Of a stretch of DNA of 64,000 nt, positions 44,606 through 61,331 are shown piece after piece. The notes beneath the pieces were generated by a model. The model was not told the DNA's origin. It searched no databases and saw only the letters and a program-made list of their open reading frames with translations. Source of the stretch: the human T2T-CHM13v2.0 reference genome, Homo sapiens; NCBI RefSeq assembly GCF_009914755.1, contig NC_060940.1; one strand, written 5' to 3'. The first letter of the stretch is position 1. Each line of letters opens with the position of its first letter. The position numbers and the translations under genes are program-made.

Positions 44606-45436
44606 CTGATCCGTTACCGGAATAGTACCATTTGCAACTGAAAGAAGCCTAATTCAAATGAGCTACAGCAAGGGAAGAAAAATTGTCTCAAGTATGGCTG
44701 AATCCAGAAACACACCTGCTGCAGTTCGGAAATTCCCCACATCAAGGCCCTGCTTGCCCTCGGGTGGCCCATTAGATGGCAGGAAAATGGCCCTTGGCAA
44801 CCCCAAGCCTTAGGTGGCCCTTAAGTTTGTGACCTCAGGAAATGAGAGATCCTCTTCCCCTGTAACTGTAGCAAAAACAAATTTGGTGAGGAAAAGGAGG
44901 AAAGGGACAGGCTTCATTTGTGCCAAGTGTCTGAGAAGACTCCTTCTAGAAGACAGGGAGGGGATGATGGGCAAATCCATGAAGGCTACATGTAACGGGA
45001 GTGCAATTCCCCAAAGAAGCTCTACTGAGCGGAAAAATGGCACATACCCATTGCAAGTGAAATGATACAATCTGCCTTAAAGGTTGTGGTAAGGATTGCT
45101 TAGGCCAAAACTCTGGAGTCTTTCTTGACACTTCTGTTTCTCAAATATCATGCGTCTAATCCCTGCTGCAGGAAATCATGTTGGCTTTAGAATTTATCCA
45201 GAATTGTATTGACTGCCACCATGGGGACCATCATCCTGAGCAGGTTCTGTCTTTTCTTGCCTGGATTATCGCATCCTCCTCCTAACTCTGCTTTCACTGT
45301 TTTGTCTCCACACGCCCCTCCCCCCATGGCTTCTGTCTCACTGAGAATAAAAGAAAAAGTCCTTGAAATTTTTCACAAGGTCCCCACATTCTGGTCCCTA
45401 CCAACTTTGTCATCTGGTATCTTGTCCTATCTCTCC

Positions 45437-45775
45437 TGATATGGTTTGACTCTGTGTCCCCACTCAAATCTCATCTTGAATGGTAATCCCCACGTGTCAA
45501 GGGAGGGACCTGGTAGGAGGTGACTGGGTCATGCTGTTCTTGTGGTAGAGAGTGAGTTCTCACAACATATGATGGTTTAAAAGTGTTTGGCAGTTCTGCC
45601 CTCACTCTCTGTCTCTCCTGACACCATGTAAGACATGCCTTACTTCCCCTTCGCCTTCCACCATGATTGTAAGTTTCTCGAGGCTTCCCCATCCGTGTGG
45701 AACTGTGAATCAGTTAAACTTACTTTATTAAGTCTCAGGTATGTCTCTGTAGCAGTATGAGAATGGACCGATACA
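45437..45775 (+). mobile_element. MST solo LTR within L2 remnants
   Basis: tgatatggtttgactctgtgtcccc...gaatggaccgataca. Confidence 0.92.
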
Positions 45776-46814
45776 CTCCTCACTGAGCCCATCCTGTCTC
45801 ACCACTCTCATTCTAGACTTCGTTTTCTTTCAAGATCTTTGCATTGTCTATTTCCTCTACCTGGAGAAACCTTCCCCAGCTACCCCTAGGTCTTATTCCT
45901 ACCCAATTTGAGGTCTTTACTCAAAAACCACTGTTTCAGTGAGGTATTTTATATTGAAAATTGCCTTCTCCTACATTTCTTGTCTCCCATTCTTCCTTTG
46001 TAGCTGTAGCATTTAGTATAGTATACGTTTTAGTGATTTTGTTATCTCGCTCTCTTTCTCTGTCTCACATATACTATATGGTAAAGTCCATCAGGAAAGA
46101 TATTTCTGTGTGGTGTTACATTCCTCTACCTAGAACAGACTTATTAGAGAGGCTTAACAAATATTTATTGAATGAATGAATGATGGAATGTAGAGGTGCT
46201 CAATGAACAGTAGCCATCATCATTATTTACTATCAGAGGCTGTTTCAGCTATGGTCAGCAAGGTTAAAACTCAAAATGGAACTCTGCTATGAACCCTTAA
46301 GTGTCAATGCCATCAGTCTACAAGGTGTTGCAACCTTCTGTCATCTGGGTCTGCCAAATACCCATTTGCCCATGTGTGCCCGAGACCACGTTGTTGAAAT
46401 GTTACGTCTGTCCTGGGCGTGAACTAGATAATCTGCCTAATGACTGGGCCACAGTAATAGGATTTTCAGAGTTTTACTGTGTACCATCCTAACCTTTCCT
46501 CTCATCTCCCGAGGACTATTTTCTCCCAGTTTTTTCCATCTCAGTGGATGGTATTATCATCTTTCCAGTGACACAGGGCATCATCTTCTGAAACTCAACA
46601 CCCAAGCTTCAGTCCAATGTCATCCATGGCAAGATAATATAATTTAATCATTCCTTTATTCAGAAAATGTTTATTAGGTCCTATCATGGCATAGGCACTC
46701 TGATAGGCATGGCAGCCAAAATGTCTCCTAAGTATCTCTGAAAACATACCCACTTCTCCCCACCTCCCCTCCTATCACCTGGCAGCTGGACTATAAAATA
46801 TTCCACTTACCAGT

Positions 46815-47198
46815 TGATATGGTTTGGCTGTGTCCCCACCCAAATTTCATCTTGAATTGTAGCTCTCATCACCCTCATGTGTCATGGGAGGGACCCAGTG
46901 GGAGGTAATTGAATCATGGGGGTGTTTTTTTTTTTTTTTTTTTTTTCCTGTGCTGTTCTCATGATAGTTATTCACATAACTCTCATGGGATCTGATGGTT
47001 TTATAAAGAGCAGTTCCCCTGCACATGCTCTCTTGCCTGCCGCCATGTAAGACCTGCCTTTGCTCCTCCTTTGCTTTCCACCATGATTGTGAGGCCTCCC
47101 CAGCCATGTGAAACCATGAGTCTATTAAACCTCCTTTCCTTTATAAATTACCCAGTCTCAGGTATTTCTTACAGCAGTGTGTGAGAATGGACTAATAT
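46815..47198 (+). mobile_element. MST/THE1 solo LTR
   Basis: tgatatggtttggctgtgtccccacccaaat...gaatggactaata. Confidence 0.92.
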
Positions 47199-47456
47199 GC
47201 CAATCTTTTGTTCCCTCCCAGTCTTGCGTATCTTCCATCCATCTTCTGCCTAGAGCCGGGATAATCTTTTCCTTCTCACATGCAACTCTGACCATATCAT
47301 ACCTGGGTTTTTGTTTGTTTGTTTGTGTAATAATAACAGTCCCCCATTGCTCACAGGATAGTCTCAAAGTCTCACGGGAGTCTTGATGACCAAGTTAATG
47401 CCAACCTCCACATCCCCATCTCTCACCAAATTCTGTTTAAGCTCTAATCTCCAGTC

Positions 47457-47682
47457 TAAGATTTCTCAACCTTGGTATTGGGACATTTAGAGCTGAATAA
47501 TGCTGTGCTGTAGGGGTCTGTCCTGTGCATTGTAGGATGTTGAGGAGCATCCCTGGCCTCTACCTACTAGATGCAAGTAAAACCCCCTCCCCAGTTGAGA
47601 CAACCACAAATCTCTGCAGATATTTTCAAGTGTCCCTTTGTGGGCAAAAATAAAAATCCTTCCTTTCTCCATTGGGAACAAC
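47457..47682 (+). mobile_element. MER20
   Basis: tttctcaaccttgg...tgtcctgtgcattgtaggatgtt...gagacaacc. Confidence 0.88.
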
Positions 47683-48013
47683 AGCTTCAAACAAAATTGA
47701 AGTTACAGTTGCCCAAACATCCCCTGTCCTCCCTTGTTTTTAGACATTTGCAGAACCTCTCTTCCTCTCTCTTTCCACATCTACCTCCTTAGTTATGGCT
47801 GGCAACTCCTGCTCACCCTTCATGTTTCAGTTTTGACAACACCTTCTGGAAAAGCTTTTTTAGACTTCTCCCAGGTAGTAGGGTGATGGCAAGATCCTTG
47901 GTAAGACTTGGGGACTGATAGCATGTGGAGAATTTGGACAGGAAGATATCATCCTTTTCTCAGCTGGGTTCTCCCAGAAGCAGACCCGAGGCAATAATTC
48001 ACATGAAAGTAGT

Positions 48014-48369
48014 TGATACGGTTAGGCTTTGTGTACCCACGTAAATCTCATCTTGAATTGTAATACCCATGTGTGGAGGAAGAGAAGTCATTGGATTGTG
48101 GGGGTGGTTTCCCCCATGCCATTCTTGTGATAGTAAGTGAATTTTCACAAGATCTAATGGTTTTATGAATGGTAGTTTTTCCTGCACTCTCAGGCTCTCT
48201 CTCTCACCTGCCACCATGTAAGCCATGCCTGCCTCAACTTCTGCCAAGATTGTAGGTTTCCTGAGGCCTCTCCAGCCATGCAGAACTGTGAGTCAATTAA
48301 ACCTCTTTCCCATATAAATGACCCAGTCTCAGGCATTTCATTATAGTATTGTGAAATCGGACCAAAACA
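48014..48369 (+). mobile_element. MST/THE1 solo LTR inserted in an older LTR
   Basis: tgatacggttaggctttg...ggaccaaaaca; TSD gtagt/gtggt. Confidence 0.9.
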
Positions 48370-50889
48370 GTGGTTTATTTGGGAGGAAACACCAGTGTTC
48401 ATGGTGGTGGTGGTAGAAAATGGTGCAGGGGAGAAAAGGCCACCTGCAGAATTTATTTTGTGAAGCCACTGACCACTATATGGAAGTGAAGCTTTATCCC
48501 ACTACGGGATCCTTGGAATCAACGTACACACATAGCTTAGTATTATCCTACCCAAGGGCAGGGGGCCTGGGGTACTTATACTGCAAGTCTCATTAGTCAT
48601 TGGTAGAGGGGTTCTGCTTTTCCTGCTGCACAGGTAGGAAATGTGATTTCAGCATCAAGAAGAAATGCGGGTATTGAAGATGAACATATTACAGCCAGGT
48701 CCATGTGCACTGATATCATAAAGGTGTAGGTAAATTGGTGGGGCCCTGGAGTGCCTCACGTGGTGGCTTCAAGGTGTTGCATCTACACAGCTGGGACATG
48801 GGCAGTACCGTTTTCTAAACAGTGCAATTTGTTAGGAGGAGAAACTGGCTTATTTCTTTGAACCACCTGTGCTACATCCATAAGAGGCTGCGTTTGAGGT
48901 TCTGTTTGGGAGGCAGAAAAAAGTCTCTAGAAGGCACCTGGAAATAAGGAAGCTAAAAGTGGAGACAGATTGGAGCTGAAGACTTAAGTTGTAGAGGCAC
49001 CTTGAAGGAATTGTGGTTAAGCCTCGAAGATGGGTAAGGTGGTCACAGGAGTTGGAGGTCTAGGAAGGAGGGGTAACTGCAGAGAAATCCATATTTGGGA
49101 TTAGTTTTGTTCCTTCTCCTAAAGTCTGTGTGCGGCAGCAGGGAGTGGTGAATACAGTCAAGATTTGCCACTTGGGACTAAGCCACAGTGTTTCCAAATA
49201 AAGACTTTAAGAAACCCTCCTCACTCATAATGAATTTAAGGGCTAAACCTTATCAGTCACACACACAGAACAATGAACCTTTCCCTGAGGCAATGCAGGA
49301 GAAAGTTTTAAAGTTTTTTTTTTTCTTTTTTTAACCCTGTTCTGTTGAATTATCTTCAAAACTGCCTTAGATTCTGGGACCAGGGTGCGGAGGGACAGAT
49401 GGGGTGAGTGATTTTGAATGCTGCAGCTTTATCTTGCTGCATTATAAATATGTGATGCCATTTAACATAGCAAGCCATCAGGTTAGTAAACAAATGATTG
49501 CCAAGTTTGTAATTGGCAAGGAAGGAGGTTATAATCTATAAGGAGCTTTGTGTCCCAACCAATTTATTCTCTAACGGAACTTTATTGCCTCCATCGCTGA
49601 AAACTCCCGAAGAGTCTTAAGAGCTAAGAATCCAGATTGGCTGAGCTAGTTTTCTCTTGTGGTCTCCTTTCTGGCCTCATCTCCTATCCGGATAAAGATA
49701 CTTGGAAAACCCATTTCTTGAAGATGAAGCAACCCACCTGGCCCAGAAATGCCTGGTTTGTTGTTTATGGGTGGTTTTTATCCAGTGAATTGGCAAGAAG
49801 TGAATTATGTGGAAGAATCCATTTTAAACCCTTTCAGCTACACAAAATTGGAAAATAAAATATTGTGTTTCTTGAGATCATGAACCAATACTGTCTGGGT
49901 TTCTTAGGGTATGAAGCCCCTTTGGGGTCAAGGCTCAGCCTGCTACTATTACAGCCTCATACCCTGCTTCTCTCTTCCTAGTATGATGATTAAGTCAAGG
50001 ATACGACGCAATTGACCAGGTGTGCAGTGCCCAACTCTGTGGGGCCATTAACTTCACAGCCTACATAAATGAAGCCACTTACGGTTTTGTGAGCTCACAC
50101 TGCTCAGTTGTACATGATGGCCCTGGTGACAATATGTGTTTTTGGAATTAGATTGGCCTGAGGCAAATTCTACAGAAAAATAGAGGGAACTTAGATAGGT
50201 TGCTTTATTTGTAAAATAGAGGGTTATAATACCTTTCCAATAATGTTGTTTACAAAAATGATGCAAGAAATTGCTTCTCTTAGTATGTATTTCCCCTTTG
50301 CCTGGATTACTTACCACAAAGCCATCGTTGCTTTTCATAAACAACTTCCGATCCCTTCTGTGGGGTATTTTCCATGACCTTCCCTCTTGCTCCCTCATCT
50401 TTGCTGTCTCTGAATATAGGTATCTAACTGGAAGGCTGGAAGTGCCATTTCAAAGCGGTGGAATTTTTTTTTCTTCATTTGTTGTTTTATTTTGCTTTAT
50501 TGCATTTTCCATATTTTTGGCTAAATCTGTTATTACCTGCCCATTTCAGCAACTAAAATCTGTTTGCTTTCTTGTTTACCTGCATAGAACTTACTCTTCC
50601 ATCTTCTTGGAATGGAACTTGTCTCAGAATCTTTCAGGCGATTGCCTGAGTCCTTCTTACAGACAGGACTAACACTCCCCTTGGACCCCAGGTATCTGCC
50701 CATGACTCAGTCTTGTTCATTCAGCATTTTCCATTCCTCTGGCCTTGATGTTTGGTTCACCAGTGGGCATGTAACCCAATTCTATCCAGTTATACTTGTG
50801 TTGGGAAGGGATTTTTTTTTTCCCTGGGGTTGTGAAAGTAACAGGATATAAGTTTGGGACAGCTGATGGCCGTGTTGACATTATGTGAG

Positions 50890-51247
50890 TGTAATAAACT
50901 GAATGTTTGTATCCTTCCAAAATCCATACATGGAAATCCTAACTCCCAATGTGATGGTATTAGGAGGTGGGGTCTTTGGAAGGCCATTATATCACTAGAG
51001 TGGAGCCCTCACAAATGGGATTAGTGCCCTTATAAGAAGAGACAGAAGAGCTTGCTTTCTCTCTTTTCTCTCAACCATTTGAGGATACAGTGAGAAGGCT
51101 GCCATGTGCAAACCAAGAGTTCCCTTCCCACACACCAATCTGTCAGTGGATTGATCCTGGGATTCCTAGACTCTAGAACCGTGAGAAATAAATGTGTGTT
51201 TAAGATGCACGGTCTATGGTATTGTGTTACAGCAACTTGACTAAAAT
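50890..51247 (+). mobile_element. MLT1A-like LTR
   Basis: actgaatgtttgtatcc...gatggtattaggaggtgggg...gagaaataaatg. Confidence 0.88.
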
Positions 51248-52877
51248 GGTGGGGAAAGCCAGTGTGAATGCAAAGCAAACTGTTAAAAAAAAAAGATACC
51301 CATTTCTGACATTATTTGAGTGTCAGACTTGCATCTAATTGAGCCACAAGCCTTGAACTTATCAGCTTTGTGATAAATCTCCCCTTTTTTGTGTATAAGA
51401 TAGTTCAAGATGTATTACTCAACTGTGCATCTTCCTACAGAGTCTTTTCTACTACAGCATAAGAAACTTGAGAGCAGAATGGTGGATCTGCATGACACGT
51501 TTTGGCACTTGTTACGTTAAACTCAAAAACTCCAAACTTGGAGGTTTAGAAGCAGAGATTTAACAACCAAAAATTGTGCATAGTCAACCTGATGAATTAA
51601 GATAGCCTGTGAGCCTGAGATGCTGAAGTCTTTTTTTTTTTTTTACCCAGAAATACGGTGATTTTTTACATGTCACATCCTGGATCGACTCTCTGTCAGC
51701 TCAGCAAGTGTCTTCAGAGCTGACAAGTGATAAACCAGTTGAAAGTGCCAGTCACATTGTTTGGTTATTGATAATGCTGCTGTACCAGGGATGTGTCATT
51801 AGTATGTGTTTACGGGCTGCAATTCTCAACATGGACCCAGCAGAAAATATTGGGTACTTCAGGCATTCTTGTTATTTACCCAGATGGTGTTTCGTGGGAT
51901 ACCCCCTGCCTAGAGCAGATCTGGATATGTGTCTACACTGGTTCCAAGGATCCTATACTGGGATAAAGCTTCAGTTCCACATAGTGGTCAGTGGCTTCAC
52001 AAAATAAATTCTGTAGGTGGCCTTCTCTCCCCTGCACCATTTTCTACCACCACCACCATCATCACCACCATCATCACTGGTGTTTCATCCCAAATAAACA
52101 GGTGCATTTCTTTGTCTAATTTTAGAGCCAGTGGCTACTTCTTACCCATCTGGTGGGTATTTTTTACAGAAGACCTGATCACTGAGTTCCTTGCAAAGAT
52201 GTCCCCATCTTTTGCTTCCATTGTCTCATCAGTAGAAACTCACAACATGAAATAATAACAGCAATTAATGTTTATATATTGGTCTTTTCCATATGGTAGG
52301 TATGTTGGCACTATTCCACGTGCTGGGGTTGGAGTGGTGAATGGAACAGACGTGCCCTTGTCTTTAGTAAATACACTACAACTTGTATATTTTAGTGGGA
52401 GAGATAGATGATAAGGAAGTAACTCTAGCTGAAAAATATAATTACAAGTTTTGAAAAGTGGTGTAAGGAAGTCCACAAGGTAATGCGAGTAAGAGTAATT
52501 GATGATGGTGATAGGTGTTCACGGTTGGACAGAGTCTTGAGAACAATTAGTTCCAAAGTGAAACCACCTTTAAGGAGGCAGCATTTTCGTGGAGACCTGA
52601 CATGGTTTGGATTTGTGTCCCCGCCCAAATCTCATGTTAAGTTGTAATCCCCAATATTGGAGGAGGAGCCTGGTGGGAGGCAATTCGATCATGGGAACGG
52701 ACTTCCCCCTTGCTGTTTTTGTGATAGTGAGTGAGGTCTCACAAGATCTGGTTGTTGAAAAGTGTGTACCACTCACTGAAGGTAACCATAGTAACAGCAA
52801 AATCCCAAATGAGTTAAACTCACAACTAGGTTGACTCCAGTCTCCGCATAAACACACTGGCAGAAGAGATGTGCATG

Positions 52878-53212
<335 letters not shown>

Positions 53213-53361
53213 TGAGATGTGTACATATTTCTATGCAAAAATGCTATTGACTTCAGTCTTCACTACTTTCCTTCATAGTATTCAATATTAAATAGTATTT
53301 AAATAGAAATACTAGGATTCAATATTCAACAGAAAAAAAGAGGAAAAAATAGCCCACTTAG

Positions 53362-53792
<431 letters not shown>

Positions 53793-53855
53793 AAAATAAT
53801 GGTTTTTTAAAGTGCCAAATTCTTCTGGTTATTGTGCATATTAAATGACATAATG

Positions 53856-54171
<316 letters not shown>

Positions 54172-55159
54172 CAAAATGTTAGTAAAGTGCATGCTTAGCA
54201 AAATATCTGACACAGGGTAAGGATTTAGTAAATGACAGTAATTGTAGTCCTTATCACCTTGGATACTTAATGAAATACTGCTGAATGTTCAAGAAAAAAA
54301 AAAGTGTGTACTTCTTCCCCCTTCACTCTTTTTCTCCTGTTTCTGCTACGTAAGACATGCCAGCTTCCCTTTTGCCTTCTGCCCTAATTGAAAGTTTCCT
54401 CAGTCTTCCTAGCCATGCTACCTTTACAGACTGCAGAACTGTGAACCATGTAAATCTCTTTCTTTATAAATTACCCACTCTCAGGTAGTTCTTTATAGCA
54501 TTGCAAGAATGGACTCATACACGACCTATGTGTTCAAGAGGAGCCAGCCAGGGATAATTCAGGAAAGGGTGTTACAGGCAGCAGGAACAGCAAAGGCAGA
54601 GGCCCTGAGCTGGAAGGAGCATGGTATGATGGAGAAACAGAAGTGAGAGGGGTGCTGCTGGAGAATAGTTGGGGAGAAAGAGACGTGTCGGGAGAGTAGT
54701 TGGTGAGAAGGAGACATGTGTCAGGAAGAGCTAGAGAGACCAGGGTGGTGGGTCAGCTGGGACACACATGAATGATTGGAAACATGAGCTTCATTTCTGA
54801 GTGTGCCACCTTTTTTATTCTTCAAATAGGTGATAAAGTAGGTACTTCTGAAGGATTAAGGATGTTGCTGAAGTGTATCCCACAAGTGAATATCAGAACC
54901 ATGATTCATTCCCTCTCTTTGCATAATCCATCCATTTTACCTTAACATGATGCTACCATGTTATTAATTGGTTTTGAAGCTCCAGGTACATTAATACTGG
55001 GACAGTATTAATTCCTACTTAACATAAGGATCATGAGGGCTAAGATGAGGTCACGAATATGCAGCTTTTATGGTGGTGGTCAGGCATAGTCTGTTCACAA
55101 TAAACAGTAGAATATTGCCTCTTCTGATAGCTCAGTGTTTGCTTTATGTAACCATTTTA

Positions 55160-56420
<1,261 letters not shown>

Positions 56421-58068
56421 TTGCTCTAAGTCATATTGGTCATGTCCTTAGGAAGTATATTATTTGCAGAGCAGCTGGAAACATCTCATTCTCTTCCATC
56501 CACTCCTTTCTGATGAAAGCGGCATATTCCATTGATGGAATATTTACCATGTAGATAAATACTTGGCATTTTGCCCTAAAAAGTCATTTTGTATACTCAG
56601 TACCATGTTTGTGTGATATTAATGAGAACCTACAGACTTCTTTAGAATAATCAAGGGGTCCTTAAGTTTCTGTCTTGTGTACTTGAAAATATCCAACTGG
56701 AAACCATTTAAATATGGCTAAAATTCTGTGTCTCTCTTGCAGTTGCACAACCCATAATTAAATGATTTGTAGAAGCAGTCTGAATTAAGGGCCCCGTTCA
56801 TCAATACTACATGAATTATGTAGGCATATCTTCATTTTTACATTATTTATCTCAGCGGCCAGATGGGTACATTGGCTGCAATATTCATCAGTAAGAAATC
56901 CAAATGTAGCTTTGGCACACTGACATCTGTGCCTGGTCTGGCCCCCCGTGGGGTAGAGTGAATATTTGTGGTTGGGGACTAGGGGGCCCTCTGCTTCTCG
57001 GCAAGTCAGGAGTTCTGCAAGTGATGGTATTTGACACTTTATCAGTCACCTCCTAAGTAGCTCCCATCAGAGATAAGTGGAAAGGATCTGAGAGCTACCC
57101 AGGCTTTGGGGAGGGGATGGGCAATGTCCCATGAGTGGTGATGTGGACACCAGAGTTTTCACAACGTGTTTGTCTTGGTTGCTGATGCTCTGTAAAACTC
57201 AGTAGTAGCTAATATTTAGGAAGGCAGTGTAATATAGTGGATAAAAGTGTGGGCATTGGGGTTTACATTGTGGCTTTCCCACTAATACTGTGAGACTTTG
57301 GGCAAGCAGTTTCTTCGTGTTTCTTACCTGGACAATCATTTAATATAGGCACCTACTGTATCAGAGTGGTCGTGAGAATTCACCGAGCATAGGCAGGTTA
57401 TAACATTGAGTATAGCATGCAACTGTGGATTAAAAAGATAAAGACTTAAAGATACCACTATGGAGTTATCTCAAAGATACATTATTGGTGAACACACAAA
57501 AGGGCATAATGTTATGTATTATAGTTTTGATCTGGGTAGAAAAAATAATACAATTATAGATTGTGTTTGTATGTGCATAACATTTCTGGAAGGTTCTAAC
57601 ACAAGTCATTGGTTTACTTTGGAGAAGTGGATGGCAGTAGGGGATATCTTGAGTGAGCCCTGTTGTATATTGTGATCTTTGTTTTAATTTTACGATTTGC
57701 ATATATTAGTATTTTTGAGGAGCAAATAGTCTGATTTTGAAAACAAGGAATGAGTTACAGAAAGCTGCATCTGTCTCGTGAAGATTTTTTTTTTCTTTGC
57801 AGTTAGATAGGAACCTGGTGATGAGGCTCCCCTAGACTTCTGGAGAGTCTTCCAGCTACGTACTCAAGATCTTAGCTTACTGACCTGTATGTTCTGCACG
57901 AGGTTCTCACCATTGTTTCCAGCTCCACACCCTGGCCAGATACAGAGCACTCACCCAGTCATGATCCATCAGGAAAATAGGAAGTTGGAAGTGGGCTCCA
58001 CCTTGGCCCATTGCTGCGGGCAAGTAGGATTTTCACTTAACCGTTTGGGAGAAGTGGATATTTGCCTC

Positions 58069-58723
58069 TACTATGGTCTGAATATTTGTGTACCCTGAAC
58101 ATTTATATGAAATATTTATACCCCGGGTGATAGTATTAGGAGGTGATGAGGCCATGGTGGCAGGGACTTCATGAATGGGATTAGTGCCATTATAAAAGAG
58201 GCTTTACAGACCTCCTTGCCTTGTTGTCCTGATATGAGGACGGCGAGAAGGCATCTTCCATTTTTTTTTTTTTTTTTTGAGTTGGAGTTTCACTCTTGTC
58301 ACCCATGCTGGTGTGCAGTGGTGCAATCTCTGCTGACTGTAACCTCTGCCTCCTGGCTTCAAGCAGTTCTCTTGCCTCAGCCTCCCCAGTTGGTGGGATT
58401 ACAGGTGCACTCCAGCATGCCCAGCAAATTTTTATATTTTTAGTAGAGACAGGTTTCACCATGTTGCCAGGCTGGTCTCGAACTCCTGACCTCAGGTGAT
58501 CCACCCACCTCGTCCTCCCAAAGTGCTGGGATTAAAGGCATTAGCCACCACACCTGGCTGCCATCTTCTGTGGACGAGGAAGCAGGCCCTCACCAGACAC
58601 CAAATCTACCAGGATCTTGATCTTGGACTTCCCGGCCTCCAGAACTATAAGAAAATAAATTTCTGTTATTTAGAAGCCACCCAGTCTGTGGAATTTTGTT
58701 ATAGCAGCCCGAATAGACTAAGA
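58069..58723 (+). mobile_element. MLT1A-like LTR split by an Alu
   Basis: ctatggtctgaatatttgtg...ggccctcaccagacacc...gactaaga. Confidence 0.88.
58260..58559 (-). mobile_element. Alu (AluS)
   Basis: Reverse-complement Alu; TSD-like catcttc. Confidence 0.96.
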
Positions 58724-58775
58724 CTGCCTCAAAGTCAACATTTAAGAGTTCAGATTAGACCATATAGGGTAACTT

Positions 58776-58937
58776 TTTTTTTTAATTTTAATTTTTATTC
58801 TAAGTTCTGGGGTACACTTGCAGAATGTGCAGGTTTGTTACATAAGTAAATGTGTACCATTGTGATTTGCTTCACCTATCAACCCATCACCTAGGTGTGC
58901 ATTAGTTATTTTTCCTAATGCTCTGCCTCCCCCAAAG
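58776..58937 (-). mobile_element. Short L1PA 3' end with 16-bp TSD
   Basis: taagttctggggtacac...aggtttgttacata; TSD ccatatagggtaactt at 58760-58775 and 58938-58953. Confidence 0.92.
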
Positions 58938-59093
58938 CCATATAGGGTAACTTCCTGACCTTGCTGTAGCATTTGTAAACTGTCATGGCAGTAGTGGGAG
59001 TGTCTTTTGGCATGCAAATGCATTACAAATAGTGTATAATGAGTAATGGGGACAGCCAGGAGTCACTTTTGTTGCCCTCTTGGTTTTGGCTAG

Positions 59094-59401
<308 letters not shown>

Positions 59402-59575
59402 GGTTTTGGCTAGCTTTTTAAGGCATCTTTTTACCAACGAGGTCTTTGTGACCTGTACCTGGTGCCGACCATCTGTCACATCCTGTGACTCACAATCCCC
59501 AACCTACCGTGAATGCAGCCCAGTGGGTCTCAGCCTTAGGGGATGAACCCTCAGTTTTGGGAATTGCCCACCCCT

Positions 59576-59584
59576 TTCCTGGAA
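59576..59584 (+). promoter_or_regulatory. GAS (STAT) motif in MER41
   Basis: TTCCTGGAA fits TTCNNNGAA; upstream partner decayed to TTTTGGGAA (59555-59563). Confidence 0.4.
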
Positions 59585-61082
59585 AACTCACAAATAATCC
59601 ACCCCCTGTTTAGCATATAATCAAGAGATAATCATAAAAATATCCAACCATCAGCTCTTGGGGCTGCTATGCCTATGGAGTAGTCATTCTTTATTCCTTT
59701 TAATTTCTTAATACATTTGCTTTTACTTAAAAAGAAGAGTTCAGATTAGTTCTTCTAAAACTCTATATTTAGGGTAGATTTCCATCTGTTTTCTTTTTCT
59801 ATAAATGAACCAAAAATGTTGAAAATTCTATCATTTTAAGCCATTTTCTGGCGCCGTGTGTGCTCTTCAAGCATTGGGTTGTGCAATACTGTTTGCCTTT
59901 TTCCAGCAGTGTTTCTCATTTGATTTATCAGAGATGATACTTGGTAATTCAGTTTGATATTGTCCCCTGTATCTGATGATAAACACTTGAGGGAAACCAG
60001 GAAATCTATTTTTTATGTTAAATAATAACACTGGCCCTTTCATTATCCTTTCAGCATTGCAAATCACCCTTTCTGTCTCGGCAAAGAGAGAGGAATTAAG
60101 ATTTGTTCCGTGTTGACTCCTACGTGATTATGTTATTCAGTGTTAAATATGAGAGAACTTTGTTACACAGAGCCAGGAGGGGGCAGTAAATTTCCTTTTT
60201 TACTGTTATTAAAAATGGATCCTGCGTTTCATGCATAGCAAGATCTCACCCGTTTTCTCTAGAATACCACTAATTCCTACCCCCTACCCCAGCAAGGGAA
60301 ATTTTTGAATTCATTGTGACTCTGGTTTTATGTAACATTTCCATTAGGTTTTAAGTAGTGTGCTTTCAAATTACTACCTGTAAAGAGGCAAAAGCAAATT
60401 TTTGCATTTGTAAAAAAATAATAAATAAAAATAAAACGCTATTTTTTCTTTTTTTTTTTTTTAACTTTGCAAAGGAGATAAAATCACGACTTGTCTTAAG
60501 ATCTGCTTTAGCTCTTCCCGTTCCCAAGTAGGTGAAGGTGGAACTATCACTAGATAAACTGAAATCAAAGTACAGTGCCTGGACATGTTCAGGTTCTTGT
60601 GAACAATGAGAGAAGGCAAGGATGCCTTTAATGTACATAGCTGCTTTCCTGGTCATATTCTATCAGTTCAGCAAACACTATGATTTCAAACAGGTGTGCA
60701 TGCCCAGAGAACTAGCTTGCTGATCAGCGTCTGGACTGGACCCCTGGGCTTGCCTGTGCGTTTTCTCTTCCTTCTGCTGTGGCTGCTGCTTCCTAAAACT
60801 TGTGTCTTTGAATATCATTAACTTACGTAATTGCTATGTTCCCTACCAGGGTACCTAATATATCTGGCTAGTTTTAAGGAACACCAAGTTCTCTCTGTGG
60901 GATGATTTGGGGGTGGCTTGGGAATTATTATTGGCTGTGCTATAAATGGCTGAGGAGGGAAATAAAGGACACTTTCAGGACACAATTAACACTTTCTAAT
61001 GGCACAGCCTATGTGCTACCCAGAGACTGGGAGGCAGTGCAGACCCAGAGAAATAATGACATACGATGAGAGCGCCTCATGA

Positions 61083-61101
61083 CCTTCAGGTATTTGGACT
61101 G

Positions 61102-61146
<45 letters not shown>

Positions 61147-61202
61147 ACACACAAAACACACACAGACACACATAAATATATGTGTGTGTGTGTATATATA
61201 TA
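61083..61202. repeat. (CA)n / (TG)n / (TA)n compound microsatellite
   Basis: Directly visible. Confidence 0.95.
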
Positions 61203-61331
61203 AAACATGTATATATTTGCCTTCAAAAGTCGCAATTCCATAGAAAGAAGAGGTGAGACTCACTCTCCTGCAATTCTGACAATCCCTCAACCTGCAGACT
61301 GGACATTTCTGGTGACTTCTAAAAGGTAATA

